Shown here: in pieces, positions 26,501-37,966 of the stretch
Position numbering within the stretch: the first letter of the stretch is position 1
How the letters are laid out: the number at the start of each line of letters is the position of its first letter
Origin: Laetmonice hystrix
Taxonomy: Eukaryota
Assembly: GCA_965235115.1 (NCBI GenBank)
Contig: OZ249447.1
Coordinates: 9,424,001-9,488,000 of the forward strand
Reading direction: 5' to 3'
Length of the DNA: 64,000 bases
Position numbers and translations under genes: made by a program
Notes under the pieces: generated by a model
What the model saw: only the letters and a program-made list of their open reading frames with translations
Told to the model about the DNA's origin: nothing
Database searches by the model: none

Positions 26501-26952
26501 GTGCCTTCCAGTGCCAACCTCAACGTCTTATGGTAGCCATGTATACATGTGACATCCAGGTCACAAGTGATGTGTTAGGTAAAATGTATGCTGTTCTTGG
26601 AAAGCGTCGAGGCAGAATCCAGGAGGAGGACCTCCTGGAAGGTTCATCTCTATTCAAAGTTAAAGCCACACTCCCTGTCATAGAGAGTTTTGGTTTTGCT
26701 GAGGAAATGCGGAAACGAACCAGTGGAATGGCAAGTCCACAACTGTGCTTTACTCATTGGGAGGTTGTGGACATTGATCCTTTCTGGGTTCCAAGGACAG
26801 AAGAGGAATACTTGCATTTTGGCGAGAAGGCAGACTCAGAAAATGTGGCGAGGCAGTATATGAACAAGGTGCGACAAAGGAAAGGGCTGAGGATAGATCA
26901 AAAATTTGTTGAATTTGGAGAAAAGCAACGTACACTCTCTAAAAATAAATAA
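23524..26952 (+). CDS. EFL1: Elongation factor-like GTPase 1 (EFL1/EFTUD1/Ria1), single-exon CDS, 1142 aa
   Basis: Uninterrupted ORF with translational GTPase motifs AHVDHGKT, RGITMKS, DTPGH and NKID, EF-2-like domains, and the EFL1-type C-terminus PFWVPRTEEEYLHFGEKADSEN...RKGL. AATAAA at the stop. Confidence 0.97.
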   Translation: MRTSIQQLAALQRFPANIRNICILAHVDHGKTTLADALVASNGIISKRMAGKLRYLDNRDDEQLRGITMKSSAISLQYINKDENEYLVNLIDTPGHIDFSSEVSTAVRLCDGAVILVDVVEGVCPQTVVMLRQAWLEDLHPVLVLNKIDRLVCEWKMSPTEAHIHLAQVLEQVNAVTGELFASEVMKNASWGPEHSAGQATENTIYDWSSGLDDADDSNIYFSPDEGNVVFASTLDGWGFGVEHFAVQWADKLGIDAGVLKKTLWGDFYWESKTKQIRKGAQAKGRKALFVQLVLEQVWAVYEAVISRNKEKVEKIVKTLKLKILERDYRQNDPRVLIQAVCTQWLPLSQAVLEMVVLKLPSPLNISLDRAKKLLCPATKRFSSLESQTQGLKDNILACSPSAESPVVVLVSKMLPISKSLLPGNRRRILSPEELAVRHEAARARNAERMSGRSLTSNSGETELKPFKAAEDVKSTEEPANSSDETFVAFARVFSGTVRKGQKLYVLGSKHDPAKALKLIAESVEPGSPKTVQQLSDYNHMTVATIDSVFLFMGRELEMLEEIPAGNIVGLGGLEEHVLKSATLSSTVACPSFTGMRLEATPIVRVAIEPKKAENMSAIITGMRLLNQSDPSVEVLVQENGQHVIIATGEVHLQKCIDDLQNQFAKVEIKQSSPIVPFRETIILPEKTAKVNEFNSTTVTMKGELQEDGRENIKAKDQGTISLTTPNQACSISVLALPLPETVVSLLEENKDMIKSLVQHTSALVAGNNELQQDHLNEETVAEILELRHKLDKAFSSAGPQWEGAVEQIWAFGPRGKGPNLLLNQIKDYERPNMWDCLEENKNEKSLNLRDFDSSVVSGFQMATQSGPLCEEPMRGVAFIVEDWRILQVSDSNEKTLGQNAECQDESQGMPDVQNLLLCDNKSKQGSESECFKMGVAGKQGSPFSSEEATACAREQKVAGTVEDKTASISSKLNIHGPLSGQLMSIMKDACRRAFQCQPQRLMVAMYTCDIQVTSDVLGKMYAVLGKRRGRIQEEDLLEGSSLFKVKATLPVIESFGFAEEMRKRTSGMASPQLCFTHWEVVDIDPFWVPRTEEEYLHFGEKADSENVARQYMNKVRQRKGLRIDQKFVEFGEKQRTLSKNK

Positions 26953-27844
26953 AATAATTGGTAAGCTCAAGATTTTGAACATCCCCCATTCAGAATCAGA
27001 GATGGAAATTCGCAGCATAGACACTATAGAACTGGCAAATGATATATGAGTGGGGGAGGGGGAGAATCCAGTTGAATTTTAGGTAATGATCAATCAACAA
27101 AGTTCAGTCAACATCAGCAGGCCTAAACAATTAGAAGTCAAGAAAAAAAATGTATATAGATACAGATCTAAGAAGGCCAAAAAGGACATCTCGGTGAATA
27201 AAATGAATAAAATTAGAAGTGGATTGGAAAAAAGTCTTCAATGTTTTATGCTGCCTAAAATGTTAGTACATTTTCCCACATTTTTTCAGAGAAAGGTGCA
27301 CCCCAAAAAAATGGGATTCATGCAGGAAAGGCATTACAATATTTGTCAAAAAGGAGGAGGATACATTTTATGTCCCCCCCCCCATACAGCCAAAAACCTG
27401 GACTGTGGGTGTACATTGAAGGGAATGGGAGCAATGCCCCGAATGAAAATATTGATTAGTTTGCTGACTGCATGATCAATGTGCACCTAGCTGACATCAG
27501 TCGTACTGGTTCTAATCTATATGGTTTATGATATCATGCTTAATCTCCCCCCATATATAGCTCCATTAAATAAGAAAAGCTGACAACCCATGTCTGCATT
27601 TTGGAGTCATTGAAATGAGAGATATTCGCTGATCGTTTTAAACATTTTCTTAGGGGAGACCTCCACCCCCCAAGAGAGGGGGAGTAAGACTATCCCCTCT
27701 TGTATAGGCCTACTCTCCCGCTGTGCCTTCTGAATGACGCAGGTTCGCCTTCGGCGCTGCATATGGGACTTCGCCGGTGTCAGATCCTCAAGGAGAACAC
27801 TGCACCCATAACCTTAATTGGCGGGAGGTGGGGTTGCGTAAGGG

Positions 27845-28074
27845 TATATATAGGGCCTCTACATTGTGGTCTTTACACTTGTGCGTTTGTAGCAGTCAGT
27901 GCCACTCGAGATAAGACTCGACCAGAAATATTTCTTTTATATATAGACTAGAGCTATGCCCTAATAGGCATATTTCTATTTGTCATATTTCATGGATCGT
28001 GCTGCCTTAGCCAGGACATCGTCTTCGCTGATTGTTAGTGAAAAGTCACTGTACCAAAACAAGTCCCAAGGAAG
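27845..28074 (+). promoter_or_regulatory. Putative TATA box and non-coding first exon of SLC43 copy 1
   Basis: TATATATA at 27845-27852 preceded by a GGCGGGAGG GC-box-like motif; donor AAG|GTAGGC at 28075; the ATG at 28427 directly follows an acceptor (TTACAG), implying an upstream UTR exon. Present in copies 2 and 3 (TATA 38530 and ~48550). Confidence 0.45.
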
Positions 28075-28426
28075 GTAGGCGTCAGGGCATGTACTTGCAC
28101 AGCCCTTTGAATTCTTAAACAGTAGGCAAATATCGGCATGGATATGCAGTTGTTTGTGAATACAGTATAGCCTCTATGTAATTTGTATCCCACTGCCTTT
28201 CTTTAATTTGCAAGAAAGGTCCATCAATGAACCAATTGCCTTATCTTTACCATAGGTGAATATTTTAGGCGCTAATTCATGAATATTGTGCGTCATTTTT
28301 GGCTCGTCTGTGCAAACATGCTCGTTGCGAAAGATATAGGCTTAGGTTGGCGTTAGTTGATTTTCTAAACGGAACGCGCAATTTAAAAAAATATTTAAAT
28401 AAATGTTTATGGTGCTGCCGTTACAG

Positions 28427-31400
28427 ATGGGTTACACTGCATCCCCAATAAGAACAGCCTTATCACTGTTCGTCGCATTCTGGGAATCATTTCTTTTCGG
28501 TGGAACCTGTGCTGGCTGGAATGTTTTCGTCTATGTCCTCAAGCAAGATGGTGTTTATTCCCTGCTTTGCACAAACACTCTCAATGCCAACAACTCCGGT
28601 GATTACGAAAAAAACTTTGAAACTCCAAGTCAACACTTGAACTCCACGACGGATCATTCGTTGACTGATTGCCCTGCACAGGATAGTAACTTTAGTCTGG
28701 CATACACAATTACTATATCCTTATTAGGAGTGCAGGCTTTCCCCATCGGTGCCGTATTTGACCGACTCGGGTTACGAGTCACAAGAACAGCATCCATGTG
28801 CGTATAATATTAGGCCTACGTGGTCATGTTTTCCTTATTTTGTCTGGGATTCAGAAATATCAAGAAAATCGAAAAATAGACATGCATCCTAAGTCTGTGC
28901 GTGTGTAGGCCTGTAGAGATCATTGTTCGTGATAAGTGTGGGCACACAGAAATATGAATCTCAGCATTTCAATCTAGGGTGATTGCTGGTTCCGTTGTAG
29001 GCCTATAGAGTTACTTTGAAGAGTGTAGGCCTGCCTACTTGTAAACTTGGCTGCTTAAATAGGCCGTATACAGTCTCCATCTTTATATACAGCATGGTTG
29101 CAATATTAAACTGCGAATTTGAATTTCAGACTTACTTTGATCGCCGCCTTTTTGATGTTGGCATTTGTTGACCCGTGTAAGTAGTCTAGACGTCTACAGA
29201 TCAGGAGCGTATCCCACATTTTCGGTTAGGGAGAGGGCAGGTTCAATCTAGGATATAACTAAGTTAGGGGAAACCGTGTTACATTTATGAACCCAAGCCA
29301 AGGCTGCCTCGTTCAATCCTATCTATACAGGAAGTGGCGTTTAATTTCCCATGCATTCCACACCAGATATGTTGAGGGGAGGGGCTTCTTTGACTACAGC
29401 CCCGAAGAAAGTATACTTAAAAGACCCCCAACACGCTTCCAAGGACCAGGGAAGAAGTCGTTCATCAAGATAAATCGTGATCACCTGTGGAGAATAACTT
29501 TTTAATACGTTGTAGACCTATACATTTTACACAGATTCCTCTTGGTTGATTTATCCGGGATTGGTCCTACTTGGTGTTGGCAACATAGCCATCAATGTCA
29601 CAAGTAATCATGTAAGTAACTATATATAGCCAATGTATATCACTGACATCCAAACTGTAAGACAAACCAAAAACACTATGTCTCGCCACGATATGACCTG
29701 CGTCCGTGATTGTGTCTTGAGTCTGTAGGCTATATTGCATAGATGGCTATACGTCCTTTAACATGTAGGATAAATAAAAACTGTATTCAGATTGCAGGAC
29801 TTGCAGGAAAGAAGGCCGGAACAGCCATTGCAATCTTTTCCGGTGGATTTTCAGCTTCGGGGGTTGTTTTTCTATTTGTAAAGGTAGGCCCTGGGTCAAT
29901 GACATCGGGGCCCATTCCTCTGAACCCAGTGTTTGCATTTTATGTCCCTAAATATAACTAAGCCAAACTAAGCCATTGATAGGCCTAACTATAGGTTTTA
30001 TTACGATGGACTTTTTCTCGTACATTAGTCGTTTTGTCTGCAAGCATTGTCATCTCTCACTGTGTTTTTCAGCTGGCCTCAGACGCTGGGTTTCCTCGAC
30101 GATATAGTATTCTGATTTTTGTCGGTCTACTCGTGGCCTCCTTTATTTTTACCTTCGTCCTTTTTCCAAGTTATAAAGTCCCTGAGTATATAAGCTTGAA
30201 TCGGCCGACCTGGGAGAAATCAGCCAAACGGGAAACAGGCGCTGGAGAGGGAGGTGGAGATGATATCCCTCACAGTGATGAAGTGTCTGAAAAGACGCCA
30301 CTGGTAGATTCTGCAGATCAAAGGTCAGCTGAAGCCGACCATCAGGCAAACGGAAATGTACAACCAGAAAGTTTCCTCCACCACGTGTGGTCGATACGCT
30401 TTGTGCTTCATGTATATTGGTTCTCATTTTCAAATTTGCGCGTCCAATACTACGTGGGAAGCTTCAATGCGTGGGTAACGGACATCAGTGACAACAACGA
30501 AAGTCTTGGTAAATCAAATTTAACTTTTGTTTGGCCCTCCAAAAATGTATTGGTATGCCTTCCGGGACCAAAGCAGCGCCCTCTATATCAGAAAATTCCA
30601 GCCCCCTCCCGTACACAAGCATCCCTCTCCAATACAAAGGCCTGGCTATACGGGCCCGCTTTTGATTCAGGCCTTATAGGCCTGCTTATAAATTATGCCT
30701 GTTGATGGGCGTAAATATGTTTCCTGTGATCTTGTGAAAAGGCCGTCCTAGAAACACACGAACGTATGATAAGATCTCGTTTAATTGTGCCTCTCAATAA
30801 CGCCTTCTCCTTAAAGTTAGTGCCCTCAGCAATGCGTTCGGTTATATGGTTCTTTCTACGCTTGTGTTGTCGCCAACGGTTGGAATTATCATCGACAGTC
30901 ACCGTCGGCGTATCGAAGGTAGGATATGTAGGCTCCAGATGTACGTGTATACATGGTTTACCATACCAGGACCTGGATTAGCACATGCCAGAATTGTTGC
31001 CAAGAGTTCGAATCTTATGAATTATATTATTTGAATTTTTATGTTTTTCTAGTCATGTTGAAAACATTGCACCTTAAGTTCCGTCTGATAATATTGTAGA
31101 ACTAATGAAGAAAGGATTTTGTATATTATAACCCGGCTCACACAAAACATTGTAAAACGTTATTCATCGTTGCTATAGCTGGGAAATAATATCAATAATC
31201 AAGACTTGTCATAAAGCATTGAATTAATAGAAATCAATCAATTTTATCTTTTTCAGATTCCGCTCCATATGAAAAAAGGGCAAAGGCCTCATTCGTTCCG
31301 GTTACGTTGGCCTGTGTACTTGGAATATTGATGAGTGCGTTTGTCTTGGTTGAGACCATGTGGTCGGCTTATGTGTCCATTGCTGTGGTACAAATATACA

Positions 31401-34176
31401 GATCGTTCGTCTATCCGGCCTGCTTTATCTACTTGTATATATCGTAAGTGACCAGTGTGATACGTTAGAGCTAAAACAGTGTATCTTGCCGTATCTTAGA
31501 AATCTATTCTCCTCCGTCACTAAATCGATAAAATTAGAAAGAAAATAATCTCAGAGTGACTCATCACATATGAAACTGATGAAGAATTTACGAACAGGGC
31601 CAAATGAAAATGGCAATGCCTCAAGAACCCAATATAAGGGTGGGGGCATTGCTAAGATTCTTTTAGCAGGTCAGTTGTAAATGATCGCGTATAACTTTTC
31701 TTCTCATTATGCAGCTATCCTTTGAGTCATTATGGAAAACTGTTTGGGCTTTCCTACTTCATTGGCGGAATTACAAACTTCCTGCAGTACGCTTTTTTCT
31801 CATGGGCAGAGGAGGTGAACTCGTTTTCCCCGGTAGGTGATCCATCATTGATATTGACGGAGATTCTTCTCTATAGACCTTCTATTATCTTTTTTTCATA
31901 CATTTTCCTTACTTCGATCCTGATGGGCTCATTTTGTGATGTGGACCCCTAAGCACTACATGGAGGCCTTACAGGCATGGGCATAGCTCTGTCGCCGAAC
32001 ACATCAAAACATGTCTTGATAATTAATGTGGTCATTATTTTATAGGCTACTTACAGAGTTGTAGGACCGATATAGGACCAGTGATTGAAAAATCAGTTTT
32101 TGTAATGATGATTCAACTTGTTGGGGTGACTAACATCACCAAGGACCAAAAAAAGTCACACGTAGGCTATAAGGCCTCGGGCAACACGGTCGAAATCCAA
32201 CAACGCCTATACTACTTTACAAAGTTAGGATGCTTCTTTTCACATAGGCCTAGGCCTAATCGTTATTGTGAATGTGTTATATGTTTAAAGCAGGAATCGA
32301 AGCAATAAGGCTCATCAGAGCCCCCTGCTAGATGACAGAGCTCAATGCAGACTTTCACTGCTCTCCCGCTAGGGGCGAAGGGAGCCCCCTGGCGGAGTGA
32401 GCCGAGTAACAGTCTAAATGTGAGCTGGTTCCCGGTTCCGTCGCTAGGTGGCTCTGTGGTCGACGCGAGCAGATCTCACTCGCGTTGACCACAGAGCCGT
32501 CTAGCCAGGGAGCCGGGAACCAGCTTAAACACCCTGTCGTGGTTTTATAGTTTAAAGTGAAAACGCCAGACGGCAGCTAGCTATCACGACTGTCAAAGCA
32601 TCGCCGCACGTGGCGCGTCCAAAAAAATTAAGCATAGATCTAATAAAAGCATTTCAGGAAGGGAGGGAGGCCTATATATAGGCCTACCCTAAGCTGATAT
32701 TATGCTCATCAAATTAACTTCGAGTGTAACTGAATCTCTAAATGGTCCGCGAACGTAGAACGTCAGTGTTGTTTGCGCCATGCTTATTCAGGTTTCTCAA
32801 AAATCCACCAGTCGGCGCTGCCAGGGTCGACCAGGGGAAGCCAGCATGCAGAGGCCTCTAAGGTGTTGAGATTTGGCCCTAACTTCACAAATAGGCTGTT
32901 CTATTAAGCCCGCCGTACACTTTCCCGATTTTGCCCAACTCGAGTCGGTAACCATGGTTCCCGACTGCTCCCGACAGCTCCCGACTGCAGTTGGAGCAAA
33001 TCGTAGCCGATTCGAAAAACGAATCGGGAGCCGAGCGTGGTTCCCGATTACGGCCGACTAAGCTTAGCTTTTCCAACCTTGGGTTCTTCAAAACACGCTC
33101 GCGGTGGTAATAACAATGAATCAATTCAGATGGAAATTATTGCAAAGGAAACTAGAGATATGTGGCTTTTGTCCAGTATAAAATTTAATAAATAGATTTA
33201 AGGATTCTTTTTCATACGGCCATTCGAAAATCATCAAAAACGTATAAAATAACTGAAAACGTGTGACTTCTCTACCTTGCAGGTCTTGCCATGCAAAATC
33301 TGTCGCGACGACCTATACAAAAAAGTACCCAGAATTTGTCCCCACATCGTAAGGTTTCCATAGATGTCTTTCTTTTAGCGAGACTCCTTTTAGTTATGAA
33401 TACAGCGAGCTTTGTTTGGAAATTTAAAAGTTCCCAAAACTTTGATAATGACGTTAAATATCACAATAGACAGCCAGGCTCCAATCGAAGCTGTGTAGGA
33501 TCAGGGGCCTATAATGATGTTTACACAGGTATTATAATGCTATAATTTTCAGAGAATATCTACTGACCTTTGAAGTTTCTGTGTCTGTAGTATTTTAATG
33601 CATCTGTTGATAAAACGAGAGCTAGACAGCAAAATAGTACAGTCAACGTTAGATCTAAGCCTTCTCTTCACGGCTCTGCCGCACGTCCTCATTATGACGC
33701 CACAGCCTTTTTGTCAGTGAAATATTGTAATATTATGTATCAAAATACGTAGTTAACTAATTATGATGTCACAAGTGACAATGAAAGCTAAACAGGTCGA
33801 TCAGTTAGTCTTCACACTATTATCACCTAGGCTAGAAAGATTATAATAACACTTTCTGGGCGTTCAAGTGGGGGTTGAACTGGATGACCTCCCAACTACG
33901 GTGCCGATCTATGGCCGCCCACACTGCATCAGTGCATGGGTCGGGGGCAAATAATCGGGAGAGTGTACGGTGGTCAGTCGGTAGTCGGGAGTCGGGAGTT
34001 GGGCAAAGTCGTGACAGTGTACGGCGGGCTTTAGGCTGCTTATACCCTACCTTTGTTGATTTCAGGGAAACATCCTATTGCTGTGTCTGACGGTCCTGAC
34101 ATTTGCTCATCCTATTTACATCTACACTCAAAGTCGGAGATCTTGCGAAAAGTCAGACGCGGTACCAACCGGATAA
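28427..34176 (+). CDS. SLC43A3-like: SLC43 family (SLC43A3/ENBT1-like) MFS transporter, copy 1, 9 coding exons, ~513 aa
   Basis: Exons 28427-28797, 29130-29176, 29535-29611, 29791-29883, 30073-30508, 30817-30918, 31257-31443, 31715-31832, 34066-34176; GT-AG with consistent phases. Family motifs ESFLFGGTCAGW..FVYVLKQDGVY..LC, FPIGAVFDRLG, SHYGKLFGL, LTFAHP. Exact subfamily and substrate uncertain. Confidence 0.88.
32423..32525. repeat. ~100 bp foldback palindrome in SLC43 intron 8 (also ~43678-43779 and 53302-53404)
   Basis: 45 bp arms 32425-32469 and 32479-32523 around loop CAGATCTCA; 39 Watson-Crick pairs. Confidence 0.85.
32907..34030. mobile_element. PIF/Harbinger-type non-autonomous element (1124 bp), copy 1 only
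   Basis: TTA|AGCCCGCCGTACACT ... AGTGTACGGCGGGCT|TTA; copies 2 and 3 show the empty site GTTCTATTAGGCTGC (~44143, ~53780), confirming the TTA TSD. Confidence 0.92.
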
Positions 34177-35524
34177 CAACTAATACCAAAAGATACTGCG
34201 TGATATTTTACTAGTCTATTCGTACGCGATATAATAGGCTAGACTCTGAGGCACATAGATTACGTAACGCTATTCTGACCATAATCTGACACCCCACCCC
34301 CGTAACGCTTTCAATGGAGCTTTATAATGGACTGTACAAGTGTAATGTTTGGACATCCCCCCCTCTACCCAGCATACCCTGACTGAGCGTTATTTACGTA
34401 ATTTATGGAGGCCCCTATGGACTAACCACTCACGCCTGTCTTAAAGGCAGTTGGCGTACTGAGTGTTTCGGCAGCATTAACCCTGATCCGAGGGTTAGTC
34501 CCTATATAATTGGTACATCGCCCGTGATAACTTAACCCCCGGGAAATTGGGTCGAAAATATAAATAAAGATCCATATAGCCCTAGCCCTTATCCCTAGTG
34601 GCCCGGGCCCTATACACCTCCCCAAACACATGCATATTCTATATCCCTATCCCTGACCTTAACCCGAACCCCTGCCCAAAAAGTTTGGGGAATAACCATT
34701 GGGGGAATAACCCCAACTCACGGGCGTTAGGCCTACCTGTCTGCGTAGACCTCCCAGCTAGCATAAGCTGGTTCCAGACCCTCTCGATAGAGGTCGCTGG
34801 CGCTTATCCGCTATCAACCTATGTCATAGCCGGAAACCTCCGGGGAAATGTCTTACTAACGAAGATCCTCAGCAAAATCTCCCCCCCCCCCCCAAAGTCC
34901 CCAGATCGGGGATATTCCAGTTGTGATGTTTCTGAAACAGAAATAAAACTCTCCATTGAAACAGTATTTGAGAGGTATCCTCAATATGGGATCGACGCCT
35001 CTGAGTGATATCAATCAAGCTCCAGCAGCGCCCCCTATCAGAATAGCCCAGTGCGGCAAAAACAAAAACGATTGCAAATTCGATCATGTTATTTTCTGAT
35101 GTTAAAATTTGAAGAGCTACCCGCGATTAGGCCTACTTCTGATTATACGATAAGCTTACCGACATGGACATTGAACATAATTGGAATTAGGCCTGCGTGC
35201 CTTTTACTTTTCCTCAGTAACCCGGATATGCCTATACTATAGGCTATATAGATCTAGGGGCCTATAATAGCTTAATAGGCCTAGGCCTTATGAAATAGGC
35301 CTTTATATAATGGTAGGCTATCTTGTAAAGATCACGATGAATCTTAAATAAAGAATATGCTGTGTCCGCCTGATGTCGAAAATCTTTCAATTTTTTTTAG
35401 AATGCCTTTTACTTTTTAAGTTTTATCTAATTTAGGTAGGCCTAATTAAGGTCCTATAGGGCCTATAGGCATGTCTAAGATCTGGGCCTAGATCGCCTAT
35501 AATCCTGCATCTCAAATTCAAGGA

Positions 35525-36940
35525 TCTCAAACTCAAGGACTAAAAGATTTAAAAGCATGTAGTCCATCAGCTGAGTCTCCAGTCATTGTTCTTGTGTCAA
35601 AGATGTTGCCAATTTCAAAGTCTCTTTTGCCTGGCAATAGACGAAGAATATGATCTCCAGAGGAACTGGCAGTACGACATGAAGCTGCACGGGCTAGGAA
35701 TGCGGAAAAGATGTCAGGCAGGAGTTTGACTTCAAACAGTGGTGAAACTGAGCTAAAACCATTCAAAGCTGCAGAAGATATGAAATCCACAGAAAAACCA
35801 GCAAACAGCTCTGATGAGACTTTTGTAGCATTTGCACGTGTGTTCAGTGGTACAGTTCGAAAGGGTCAGAAACTGTATATATTGGGATCTAAACATGACC
35901 CAGCCAAGGCACTTAAGTTGATTGCTGAAAGTGTGGACCCTGGCAGCCCAAAGACAGTTCAACAACTGAGCGACTACAACCACATGACTGTGGCTACTAT
36001 TGGCAGTGTTTTGCTCTTCATGGGTCGAGAGCTTGAAATGCTTGAGGAGATACCAGCTGGAAATATAGTTGGACTTGGAGGCTTGAAAGAGCATGTCCTC
36101 AAATCTGTAACTTTATCCAGCACAGTAGCTTGCCCGTCATTCACAGGCATGCGCCTTGAAGAGTAGCTATAGAGCCAAAGAAAGCAGAGAACATGAGTGC
36201 AATAATAACAGGCATGCGACTGCTGAACCAGAGTGACCCAAGCGTTGAGGTGTTGGTACAGGAAAATGGCCAACATGTTATCATTGCCACTGGAGAAGTA
36301 CATCTACAAAAGTGTATTGATGATCTACAGAATCAGTTTGCCAAAGTGGAAATAAAGCAGTCATCACCGATTGTGTCATTCCGTGAAACAATCATACTGC
36401 CTGAGAAGACAGCCAAAGTGAATAAATTCAATTCAACCACAGTAACAATGAAGGGCGAGCTACAAGAGGATGATGGGAGAGAAAATATTAAAGCGAAAGA
36501 TCAGGGCACCATCAGCCTCACCACACCAAATCAAGCATGCAGCATTAGTGTCCTTGCCTTGCCATTATCAGAAACGGTTGTGAGTCTATTGGAGGAGAAC
36601 AAGGACATGATTAAATCTCTTGTCCAACATACCTCTGCACTTGTGGCAGGAAACAATGAACTTCAGCAAGATCACCTGAATGAGGAGACTGTTGCAGAAA
36701 TCCTTGAGTTACGACATAAGCTCGAGAAGGCATCAGTTCTGCAGGTCCCCAGTGGGAAGGAGCTGTAGAGTAGATATATGGGCTTTTGGCCCTCGAGGAA
36801 AAGGGCCAAATCTATTGTTAAACCAGATCAAAGGCTATGAAGGGCCAAACATGTGGGATTGTCTTGAAGAAAACAAAAATGAGAAAAGTCTTAATTTGAG
36901 AGATTTTGACAGTAGCGTTGTGAGTGGCTTTCCAATGGCC
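35525..36940 (+). pseudogene. EFL1: EFL1 internal fragment (parent 24682-26112), disabled
   Basis: High identity to the parent but no 5' end, a 16 bp deletion (CAACTCCAATTGTAAG) at ~36161, a further 1 bp deletion near 36733, and truncation at ATGGCC. Confidence 0.93.
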
Positions 36941-37966
36941 TGCTAGTCAAGCAGTTTGAAGTTAGTATCTCGTTCACGGTATGCTCTTCACGATTCGCGA
37001 ACGCAGGATCTGATTCGCCACCTAGGATACGATTCGCAATTACGGCAGGGGGACTAATGAATGGTACCCACAGACTCCCCTCCTCTTGGGCTACCGCTGC
37101 CTAGGAGGAAAATGATTGGCAATTATTTTAAAGGGTCATGGTGGGCTAATGAAGTTGGTTCAAGTTCGGCGATTTCATAGTATAAGGCGTCCACCCGAAG
37201 TGTCTCTGACAGTCCCCTACGGCACAGGGGGACTAATGAAGGGTACCCACAGACTCCCCTCCTCCTGGGCTATCGCTGCCTATCGTTACCCTTGTACTAA
37301 AGATGTATGAATAAAATTATAAGTGCATTGAGAAAAAAAATCTTCAATTTTTTACACTGCCTAATATATTAGTATATTTTCTACACTTTTCAGAAAAAAA
37401 GTGCACCCAAAAAAAGGGAATTCCTACAGGGAAAGCATCAAAATATTTTTCAGAAACGAGTATACGCATTTGATGTCCCTCCTTACATTGGTACATACAG
37501 GTCGTGATACAGGTCTATGCAGGCCTATAAAGCATACGGCCAAAAACCTGGACTGTGGCTGTACACTGAAGGAGACGGGAGCAATACCCTGAATGAAAAT
37601 GTTGATGTTTGCTGACTGCGTTATCAATGTGCACCGAGCTGACATCAGTCGTACTGGTTCTATTTGGTTTATGATATCTGCCAACTTAATCATGCTTAAT
37701 CTCCTGCCCCCCCCCCCCCACCATATAGATCGATTGAATAAGTAACCTGACAGCCCATGTCTGCATTTTTGGAGTCATTGAAATGAAAGATACTCGCTGA
37801 TTGTTTTACGGCCACTCCCGAAGAGGGGGGGGGGTAGGCCTGTCCCCTCTCGTATAGGCCTACTCTCCCGTCTATCCCGCACGACGCAGATTCGCCTTTG
37901 GCAAACTATTGCTGCATGTGGGACTCCACCGGTGTCACATCCTCAAGGAGAACACTGCACCGATAA

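Noticed and set aside
24070-26935. Minus-strand ORFs overlapping EFL1 and its fragments (also 35533-36303, 45935-46486)
   Set aside because: Antisense shadows of the EFL1 coding frame; their recurrence only reflects the duplication.
28403-28426. Upstream in-frame ATG (MFMVLPLQ) for SLC43 exon 1
   Set aside because: It lies in the polypyrimidine/acceptor region (TTACAG) of the preceding intron; ATG 28427 is the more likely start.
32290-32330. CTGATGAG on the minus strand, suggestive of a hammerhead ribozyme core
   Set aside because: No downstream stem II plus GAAA and no cleavage triplet could be built.
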